Part shown: positions 1-8,600 of the stretch, piece after piece
How the letters are laid out: each line of letters starts with the position of its first letter
Numbering within the stretch: position 1 is the first letter of the stretch
From: Schmidtea nova
Taxonomy: Eukaryota
DNA length: 64,000 nt
Reading direction: 5' to 3'
Assembly: GCA_044892505.1 (NCBI GenBank)
Contig: CM097882.1
Coordinates: 348,068,001-348,132,000 of the forward strand
Notes under the pieces: generated by a model
Told to the model about the DNA's origin: nothing
What the model saw: the letters and a program-made list of their open reading frames with translations, nothing else
The model's database searches: none
Translations under genes and position numbers: made by a program

Positions 1-2682
1 ATGTAAATTGCTAGCTTTTCTGTACAATAAAATCCTAAAATTAGACATTATTCCTACAAGTTGGAAATCATTTAAAACGATACTAATCCCCAAACCAGAT
101 AAAAATGGCCAATATCATAAAATATATTCTTGGCGACCAATTGCCTTATTATCTGTCATTTACAAAGTCTTCGCTTCAGTTTTGGCAAATCGTCTAAGCT
201 TATGGATAAGAAATAATTCCATGTTACACATTGGCCAAAAGGGTGGTTCGGAGTACGAAGGATGTATTGAACACAACTCTATTCTTTCTGCTATCGTCGA
301 ACATTCAAAATACAGCAAGTCTTCACCTTTAACGATAGCTTGGCTAGACATCAAAGATGCCTTCGGAAGTGTTCCACATGACTACATGTGGACACTGTTA
401 AAACACATAAATTTTAGTGATAGGTTTGTAGGAATTTTAAAACTGCTCTATACTGATACAAGCTCGTTTTATTGTTGCAATAAAATGCAGACACCGGATA
501 TTCCAATAAAGAAAGGAGTTAAACAAGGTTGTCCGATCTCAATGATATTGTTTGCAATAGCTATTAACCCAGTACTTGAGTCTATTAACCTATCAAACGT
601 TAATCCTTTTACGATTGGAACGTCTCCGGTACAGGTGTTGGCTTATGCGGATGATATCGCACTTATCGCGACAAATACCTCTGATCTGCAAATACTCATA
701 AACGTTGCTGTAAACACCGCTAAAACAATTGGATTTGAATATCGTCCAGAAAAGTGCGCTTATATGCAATACCCTAAATCAGAAACTGTAAGCGAGATTT
801 CTGTCAACAACGTTCTTATCAAAAAGATTGCAACAAATGAATTTTACCAATACTTGGGAGTACCAATAGGTGACAATAATGATCAAAGTCCCTATGAAAT
901 TCTAAGCAAAGTAATTGAAGACACAAAGAAAATAGCAAATTCTGATCTTTACGGCTGGCAAAAACTTAAAGCGTATAAGGTCTTTCTGCATTCTCGCTTG
1001 ATTTTTCCATTTAGAACTAGGGAAATCAAAACAAGTTCTTTAGCTGATTCGAGTAAAAATTCAAAATTAAATGTAAATAATACGAGTATTTTGAGGAGTC
1101 ATCTTAGAAAAATATTGCACTTGCCACACTACTCTGAGATTAGCTATTTTTATAATTCTACTGAAAACGGCGGTGCAGGCTGCATAGACTTACTTGACGA
1201 GTATCATACACAGACAATCGTGTACTTTTTCCGCTTGTTAACATCAACGTGCGAATATTCGAAAAAGATAAATACTGACTCGCTTTTATTTGTCACAAGT
1301 CCGAGACTCGGAATCAAAAATCCAGTTCTTAAACAAAGTTTAGAATGGATAAATGGAAAAGAGAGCAAGAAAAACAACAGTGGTTGCAAAACTCGATTTT
1401 ATCGATTGCGATCATCCAATGCTTACTTTTCTAAAGTTCACAACATTAAATTGTTATTTGAAACAGTGAAAGGGAATCCTTCTATTCGGATAACCACTAC
1501 ACTTAAGGGAACACGTATATTATTACCAACATTAAGAAAAGCATTGTCAATGATTTTACATTCAGCTCTCCAGGATTCGTATCTCGAGAAATGGGAGAAT
1601 AGCAATCATAATAATCTGCTTGTATCTGCGATTAAACTCTGTCCACTTGTCAACAAGCTTATTTTCCGCAGTGATTTGACAGAATTTGAATGGAGATTCG
1701 TCCATCGAGCAAGAACGAATACATTATCAATATTTGCGAAGCCATATAAAACTGGCGAAAATCGTCTTTGTCGTAGATGTAAGCTTGGAGACGAGACTTT
1801 ATCACACGTTCTTCAAACTTGTAAAATGAACAAATCTTTGGCAACTTGTCGACATAACGCTTGCTTAGAAAAAATAAAAAGCGAGTTGAAAGATCCAAAC
1901 TTGTTAGTTGTTGCGGATCATAAATGTTCCCTAGTACCGACATCAACTGAACGCGTTGAATTAATAATAACCAATAATGATAAAAAGACCATATTATTGG
2001 TAGACATGAAATGCCCAATCGATTCGGTGCCCAACTTTGACTTGGCTGATAAAAAAAACATAGAAAAGTATGATAAACTAAAATCAGAAATTAAAATAGC
2101 CAAACCCGATTATAAAGTTGAGTTGTTTACCTGCATCATAGGCTCATTAGGATCCATTGAAATTAAAACACCTGATCTTTTAGTAAAAATGGGCGTAAAA
2201 GAAAATAAAGTAAAGCGTCTGATGAAAGAGTGTGCAATTAGCAATATTGCACACTCGGCCAAAATTTGGTACTTTCATACCAATGACTTTCTTCCAGATA
2301 ATATAAGACAAACTTGTAAATAAATAATTATATATATATATATATATATATTTGCTTTTTAAACTCTGTAAATAAAAATTAAAGTAAATATTTTGTAAAG
2401 TAATTTTTGTTTTAAATATCCAATCTTTTTATTCTGATAAATTGTCTTTGAGAGTTATTAAATTGGGAGACCAAGTATTCTGCGACGTATGTCATTTATT
2501 CTAGACTTATCAACTTCAAAAGAATACAGTCGCAAAGCTGGATGACGAAATCCAAAGAACCAGAAACTTCCATTCAGATTGAACAATTATATTTTGACTG
2601 TGATTGTTAAGGGACTAATCCATGTCGATTAGATAATCTGTAAAAAAAATATGTCAAACTTGTTATATTTAATAAATGTTTA
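1..2682 (+). mobile_element. RLE non-LTR retrotransposon copy E1 (3' part; cut by window start)
   Basis: RT-CCHC-RLE coding end plus 359-bp 3' UTR ending ...AATAAATGTTTA, joined to tRNA nt 19 (TTATCAC) at 2683. Confidence 0.95.
2..2323 (+). CDS. E1 ORF2, C-terminal part: reverse transcriptase, CCHC zinc knuckle, restriction-like endonuclease (5' partial)
   Basis: WRPIALL, LDIKDAFGSVPH, GVKQGCP, YADD, YLG, CRRC-x8-H-x4-C, RHN, DMK, KY, GSLG motifs. Frame is open from the window edge. Confidence 0.95.
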   Translation, partial: CKLLAFLYNKILKLDIIPTSWKSFKTILIPKPDKNGQYHKIYSWRPIALLSVIYKVFASVLANRLSLWIRNNSMLHIGQKGGSEYEGCIEHNSILSAIVEHSKYSKSSPLTIAWLDIKDAFGSVPHDYMWTLLKHINFSDRFVGILKLLYTDTSSFYCCNKMQTPDIPIKKGVKQGCPISMILFAIAINPVLESINLSNVNPFTIGTSPVQVLAYADDIALIATNTSDLQILINVAVNTAKTIGFEYRPEKCAYMQYPKSETVSEISVNNVLIKKIATNEFYQYLGVPIGDNNDQSPYEILSKVIEDTKKIANSDLYGWQKLKAYKVFLHSRLIFPFRTREIKTSSLADSSKNSKLNVNNTSILRSHLRKILHLPHYSEISYFYNSTENGGAGCIDLLDEYHTQTIVYFFRLLTSTCEYSKKINTDSLLFVTSPRLGIKNPVLKQSLEWINGKESKKNNSGCKTRFYRLRSSNAYFSKVHNIKLLFETVKGNPSIRITTTLKGTRILLPTLRKALSMILHSALQDSYLEKWENSNHNNLLVSAIKLCPLVNKLIFRSDLTEFEWRFVHRARTNTLSIFAKPYKTGENRLCRRCKLGDETLSHVLQTCKMNKSLATCRHNACLEKIKSELKDPNLLVVADHKCSLVPTSTERVELIITNNDKKTILLVDMKCPIDSVPNFDLADKKNIEKYDKLKSEIKIAKPDYKVELFTCIIGSLGSIEIKTPDLLVKMGVKENKVKRLMKECAISNIAHSAKIWYFHTNDFLPDNIRQTCK

Positions 2683-2737
2683 TTATCACGTCTGCTTCAC
2701 ACGCAGAAGGTCCCCGGTTCGATCCCGGGTCGAACCA
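2683..2737 (+). pseudogene. 3' part (nt 19-73) of tRNA-Val(CAC) interrupted by E1
   Basis: TTATCACGTCTGCTTCACACGCAGAAGGTCCCCGGTTCGATCCCGGGTCGAACCA; nt 1-18 absent at this junction. Confidence 0.95.
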
Positions 2738-2993
2738 TATTTTATTAATTAGAAACTTCCTAATCTTGATTTTTTCTCAATGGAACACCTTTCTCATATA
2801 TGTTACAATATTAAAAATGATTGAATAATCAGAGAAAAAAGTTAAAATTTCATTTTCATAAATGTAGTGTGTGAAAGCTTTCTATCCTTTTGCAATTTTA
2901 TGATTATTTTGTGCAGTGTTGTTTATTTAAATATGTAACTGTTGAAAAAAAGAATATTGGATATGAAAATGGATAAAGTATTGCAAGTGTTGA

Positions 2994-3001
2994 TATATAT
3001 A
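2994..3001 (+). promoter_or_regulatory. TATA-like (TA)n element at -41..-34 in spacer B (representative; present in every spacer B except the one before E3)
   Basis: TATATATA upstream of tRNA nt 1, with CAA immediately before nt 1. Position is compatible with a TFIIIB/TBP site, but the sequence is AT-rich so support is weak. Confidence 0.3.
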
Positions 3002-3034
3002 TTGTAAATTTTAACGATTGATAAATTCTTTCAA

Positions 3035-3043
3035 GGTTCGATG
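3035..3043 (+). pseudogene. 5' stub (nt 1-9, GGTTCGATG) of tRNA-Val interrupted by E2
   Basis: Spacer B end TTCTTTCAA + GGTTCGATG, then element sequence ACTCAATC. Confidence 0.9.
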
Positions 3044-5674
3044 ACTCAATCACCTGCTGCTCAGTCAACTGCTGCTGATGTAATGACTCAGTCTATTGCA
3101 AATCAGTCAACTGTGACGAAGCAATATGAATTAGAAAACATTCTCAAATATCAAATTTCCAGTTTGCAATGTTTTCAATCGATTTTAGATTATTTTTCTC
3201 AACTAAATGGTGGAAATCTCGCTACTGCCTCAGTTCTATCTGATGCGAATGCAAGTCAACGGAGTTCTTTCGATCAAGGATCTAAAATTTCTCCAAACCA
3301 ATCTGATAATATGCCACTTTCTTATGCTGATATTGAGACTAAATTCACTAAATCAAAGGATTTACTTATTGTCAAGCGCCTGGATTCATTGGAGTCTCAA
3401 TTTATGAATATGGCTGAAAAGTTAGATTATTTGGTTTCTTTGTTTAATGGCTCTGTTGATGATTTATCAGATTTTCCTAAAGTAAATGAAAATAATTTAA
3501 ATAATAATCCTTTCAATAAAAATAAAGTTTTTGATATCAAAGATAAATTAATTGTAAATAATGTAGTTTTAGATAAATCAAATATTTCAGAATTTATTGA
3601 AAATAATATTGCTAAAATTCCTAATAGTTTAATTGATGTAAATAATAAAATGTGTAATTCAAATAATAAATTTCTAAATAACCCTAATAAAGAGAATGTT
3701 AAACATTTTAATAATCCCAAAGATACATCTTCAATTGATTTGACTAACGATAAAATTATGCCAAATGAAAACATAGAAATAATTATTAAAAATAATAAAA
3801 AATCTGTTAAAATTATAGAACTTTATAAAACAACTAAACAGAAGTATGATAAATTTGAATTTAAAAGTCTGGTTCGTATTTTAACGAAAAGGGAACGCCA
3901 GAAAATCTTGAATGCCTTCCCTGCTTTAATACAACTAATTAAAAAGAAAGAATCACAGAGTAAATATTTTGAAATTAATAAATTTCTTTCGAGCAAAGAT
4001 TTTAATGTGAATCACTTGAATTTAATTAATTTTGATTATTTTTTCTATAGAAATTGTAATCTTTGTGTATCTTTAAAATTGAACAACGCTCCTGTCATTT
4101 CATCAGCACCAAAACCTGTTGTTTTAAAAACTATTAAATTAATTGACCATAATATCGTCAAAATAAATTCTGAAATCCCTGACTTTGTTCGAGCTCCAAT
4201 GTCAATTCGAAGATTTTTATTCAATCTTTCGCACGATCTTTCAAACACTGTTTCCATCAAGGATGAGAAACACAGGGGAAATAAAATAAATAACATTCTT
4301 ACTTCAATGAAACATAAACAACAATTACCAGATTATTTAATAAAATCAAACATTAAATACGAAAATGGTGAGTTCTTATTATTAGATTTGACTAACGATA
4401 AAATCAAATTGAACGACGATAATAACTTGATAAAATCAAATTTTTCTGAACTTACTAGAAGTCAGATTAAAAATCTTTACCATTCTTATCCTTCTCTTAA
4501 GGAAGTTTGTTTCGTTGAAAATCTTGAAACAAGATCATCATCCGTTAGTAAAATTATCGAATCTTTAAAGTTAATTAATGAATTTCCAAAAAATATCATT
4601 TTTAAAGAGGGTAAATTTTATCAGTCTGATAAAAGAACAATCTCACCTAGTAGTTCTCCTGACATAATGTTCAACCTTGGTCTTTTTAATTTAGCTAGTA
4701 TGAGTAGAAAAGATTGTGAATTAAAATCCATTTTAGAGAAGACTGGTTGTGACTTTAAAATAGTTGAAATAATATTCTACCTCAACTATTTAGGCTTGAC
4801 TCAATCTTTAGAATTTTGCAAAAATCAAACTTATTCTGATTATGTGAGGAATTACGTCTGCAATTGCTGCTTGATAAACTCACTCTGTAGTATTGCTGAT
4901 GTTGATTCGCTTTCATCTGAAGATTTTGAGGGTTGGGCGACCGAAATTGTTCAGAAAATCCCAGTTTCTTCCTATTACTTCAATAGCTGCCAGGAAAAGC
5001 TTTTAAAGCTGAAGCAATGGGACATTTCAACTAAAATCAAAAGAATCCATAACGTTATTTCACCTGAAATAATATCTTATTTAAATAACTTTCTTGACTC
5101 TGTAGACGTAAAATTTCCATCTAAGTCTCAACAACATAATATTCTAATTAAATTAATGAAAGCTATCAATGACATTAAAATTTTTGATGACATACACGGA
5201 AATAAAGCAAAAAGACTTGTTTACTTTTTGCTAAGAGATGCCAAGAAATATTTGAATAAAAATCAACGATTCAGATTATTTGAATCGAGCAATAAATATT
5301 GCACTTTAGAGATGGAGAATATAATTTCAGTAATAATTGAGAACCTTACCAAAGTTACTGACCATGAAGTTACTACTCCTGAAATCACAGTTGAAGAAAC
5401 GCCAATTGAAATAACTTGTGATCCTGAACCTATCGTCTTGATTAAGGAAATAAACTGTTTAAAATGCAACAATATCATCGAAAAATGCATTCTTGTTAGA
5501 GATGGAACAAACGTCAACATCTGTGAAAGCTGTCTATTTGACGCAATTACCTTTGAAAAGCCGATTCCTGAAGCTACTAATTCGGATATCGAAGAAAATA
5601 TAGAAACAAATTGTAAGAAATCTTGTCCAAGACCTAGAAAAACAGACAAGAAAACATCAACCAAAGCAAAATGA
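3041..5674 (+). CDS. E2 ORF1, 877 aa, Asn/Lys-rich, C-terminal C-x2-C-x18-C-x2-C zinc finger; function unknown
   Basis: Long ORF kept open in all 7 copies; no family recognisable by eye. Confidence 0.85.
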   Translation: MTQSPAAQSTAADVMTQSIANQSTVTKQYELENILKYQISSLQCFQSILDYFSQLNGGNLATASVLSDANASQRSSFDQGSKISPNQSDNMPLSYADIETKFTKSKDLLIVKRLDSLESQFMNMAEKLDYLVSLFNGSVDDLSDFPKVNENNLNNNPFNKNKVFDIKDKLIVNNVVLDKSNISEFIENNIAKIPNSLIDVNNKMCNSNNKFLNNPNKENVKHFNNPKDTSSIDLTNDKIMPNENIEIIIKNNKKSVKIIELYKTTKQKYDKFEFKSLVRILTKRERQKILNAFPALIQLIKKKESQSKYFEINKFLSSKDFNVNHLNLINFDYFFYRNCNLCVSLKLNNAPVISSAPKPVVLKTIKLIDHNIVKINSEIPDFVRAPMSIRRFLFNLSHDLSNTVSIKDEKHRGNKINNILTSMKHKQQLPDYLIKSNIKYENGEFLLLDLTNDKIKLNDDNNLIKSNFSELTRSQIKNLYHSYPSLKEVCFVENLETRSSSVSKIIESLKLINEFPKNIIFKEGKFYQSDKRTISPSSSPDIMFNLGLFNLASMSRKDCELKSILEKTGCDFKIVEIIFYLNYLGLTQSLEFCKNQTYSDYVRNYVCNCCLINSLCSIADVDSLSSEDFEGWATEIVQKIPVSSYYFNSCQEKLLKLKQWDISTKIKRIHNVISPEIISYLNNFLDSVDVKFPSKSQQHNILIKLMKAINDIKIFDDIHGNKAKRLVYFLLRDAKKYLNKNQRFRLFESSNKYCTLEMENIISVIIENLTKVTDHEVTTPEITVEETPIEITCDPEPIVLIKEINCLKCNNIIEKCILVRDGTNVNICESCLFDAITFEKPIPEATNSDIEENIETNCKKSCPRPRKTDKKTSTKAK

Positions 5675-8600
5675 AGATGTGTGCCTGCATCAGCTCAATC
5701 GTCTGCCATTCCCTCTAATGAGACTGATGCAGAGAGCACAACTAAAAATAATATTTCAACTATCGACAATCGTGATCCTGAAGTGTGGTTTTCTGATAAT
5801 GATATTGATTGGTATCTTGAAAACCACATTGATAATCCAATGCATGGATATATTAAATGCTTTATAGTAAATATCATCTGTTCTAACATCACAGAAGATA
5901 TTGTTGAAATTCCACCATCTATTAGCAATGCTGAAATTGTATTTTGTCCACTCAACATTAACAATTCGCACTGGATTCTTTTTGTTTATAGTAAGAAAAT
6001 GTTATCTTCTTACTTTATTGACCCAATCCTTGCAAACAGACAAAAGCCAATCAATAAACAAATGGCTCAGAGAATTAATCTAAAACTGAATAGATTTTTT
6101 AATCTAAATATATCTGTGTCCCGACATCCACACAAACATCTTGAATATCAGAATAACAGCTTTGACTGTGGCCCATTTACGTGTGCTTATGCTGTGATTA
6201 TCAGTAAAGATTTGAACAGCTTTCCAAATGGGTTCATAGAGAAAATTCGTACCAGTGTGCATGAAAATCAAAATCGTATGCAAATAACCGAATCCACCTT
6301 ATTCGCTGGTACTAACTCCAAGATGGACATGACCAAAATAAATATCAAGAAAGCCCTTGCAAAAAAGAAAGTCATCACCAACACCTCAGATATGACCAAA
6401 GTATTGAACACTCAAAAACCGTGTGTGTCATCAATAATTAGTAAATATTACGAAAGTAATTCTAAAATAACAGTCTTATCTGCCGAACTAACTTTAAACC
6501 TAATTGCACAAAATACCTCCTTCATAGCTGATAATGTCACTTTCAAGCAGTTCAAAGGAATCGATCATGTTATAAGTATCATTCCTAAATTTAACGATTG
6601 GTGTCTCTTTGTCTATTCGAATAAACTTGACAGGAGCTACATGTTCGACTTCAATTATCGAAACATTGATGAAAGGCTAATTGAAATTGGTGAAAAGATA
6701 ACTGAATATCTGAATCAATTCACTCTTGTTTCTAAAATAAAATTCACACCTCATCATAGAATTTCTCATCCAACATTTCATTCTTACGATGATCAATATT
6801 TTGCAAGTTCTTTTATTGTATTTTTTGAGAAACTTGTCTTTGAAAGAATACTGGACAATGATAAGGTTTATGACTCATTAAGTGCTCTAAAATATCAGTC
6901 TTGTAAAGATCTTTCTCCTAGCCTAAGTTTCATTAATGGTAAAATATCCGACAAAATTATTGAGGAATATTTTGCTAGCCTAAACTTATCGACCAAATAT
7001 ATTCTTCTAAACACAACAATGTGTACTGCGCTTTCAGATGATTGCACTGAATACTTGAAAGACTTTGTAAACATTGAGTGCATGATGAAGGCTACTATAA
7101 TCTTTGTAATCATTTCTCCTCCAAGAGCCAACGACTTGCTCATGGTTATTGATTACGACGCTGATGAGCACTATTTATTAAGCCCAGTCACTAATGACTT
7201 GTTCGTTATGACTGAAGGATTCTGCTATAAATTACTAATTAAAATTAATGAGATTAGAGAGAGCACAGGACGTTCCTTGAAATCGCGTAATTGTCGACAT
7301 GACGTTAAAGGTTCTGGCTTATTTAGTAGGTTATTAATCTGTGCCTTTATTAAATATTATGCATTTGACCGATCTCTAGAAAATATCAATCTTCATGAAA
7401 TTGGCAAAATTATCTACTCACTTGTGCCATTGGTTGATAAAAATGATAATGCTGAGGAAGAAAGACGACTAAAATCAAAAGCTGTAAACTCTTTAAAACT
7501 AAATTTAAAACAGCGAATAGAAAAAGCCAATAATCTTATAATTTCACTTGAACACGCCAGTATTGATGAAATCATAAGTGGCATTCTTTCAAATATTCCT
7601 CGTCTTAAAGATTTGAACACCGATCACATTCGTACACCATATTTAGGTACTAAAATAGAAAAAGCTAGAAAATTCAAAAATTCCACTGAGTTTCTGTCAA
7701 ACATGAAAAAGACTGTGTATAGGATTTTGGGTAACAACACAGAATCAATTGCACCTCCTTATCAGGAAATTATTGACACTTTCAGTCATCCTGATACATT
7801 ACCTAGAAATTGGGAAAACATCTTAAAATTCACTAAGAGTTCTAAATATAGTCTTGAATTAAATCCAATGACACCTAAAGAAATCCTTTCAAGTCTTTGC
7901 AAAGCTGACAACACTTCTCCAGGTCTTGATAATGTTTGTTATAAAGATCTTTTGTTATTAGACCCTGAATGTAAATTGCTAGCTTTTCTGTACAATAAAA
8001 TCCTAAAATTAGACATTATTCCTACAAGTTGGAAATCATTTAAAACGATACTAATCCCCAAACCAGATAAAAATGGCCAATATCATAAAATATATTCTTG
8101 GCGACCAATTGCCTTATTATCTGTCATTTACAAAGTCTTCGCTTCAGTTTTGGCAAATCGTCTAAGCTTATGGATAAGAAATAATTCCATGTTACACATT
8201 GGCCAAAAGGGTGGTTCGGAGTACGAAGGATGTATTGAACACAACTCTATTCTTTCTGCTATCGTCGAACATTCAAAATACAGCAAGTCTTCACCTTTAA
8301 CGATAGCTTGGCTAGACATCAAAGATGCCTTCGGAAGTGTTCCACATGACTACATGTGGACACTGTTAAAACACATAAATGTTAGTGATAGGTTTGTAGG
8401 AATTTTAAAACTGCTCTATACTGATACAAGCTCGTTTTACTGTTGCAATAAAATGCAGACACCGGATATTCCAATAAAGAAAGGAGTTAAACAAGGTTGT
8501 CCGATCTCAATGATATTGTTTGCAATAGCTATTAACCCAGTACTTGAGTCTATTAATCTATCAAACGTTAATCCTTTTACGATTGGAACATCTCCGGTAC

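Noticed and set aside
2475-2570. HDV-like or hammerhead ribozyme in the 3' UTR
   Set aside because: The crossed helices lack P1.1/P4/catalytic C (only 1 nt between the 3' strands). CTGGATGACGAAA does not match the CUGANGA-stem II-GAAA core. A different ribozyme is not excluded.
2670-2685. Hairpin TAATAA-ATGT-TTATTA and AATAAA signal at the 3' junction
   Set aside because: A/T-only stem easily arises by chance, and no poly(A) follows. Noted only as a possible end signal.
5672-5674. UGA reassignment (alternative genetic code) or selenocysteine
   Set aside because: No other in-frame TGA in ~2400 codons, Trp uses TGG, and no SECIS-like element is recognisable.
5681-5683. GTG at the ORF2 start is decoded by the targeted tRNA-Val(CAC)
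   Set aside because: A single codon, and probably not a real start; treated as coincidence.
5671-5720. Overlapping stop-start signals (ATGA at 5671, TAATG at 5716) as translational coupling to ORF2
   Set aside because: Both ATGs are out of frame with ORF2 and lead to short peptides only.
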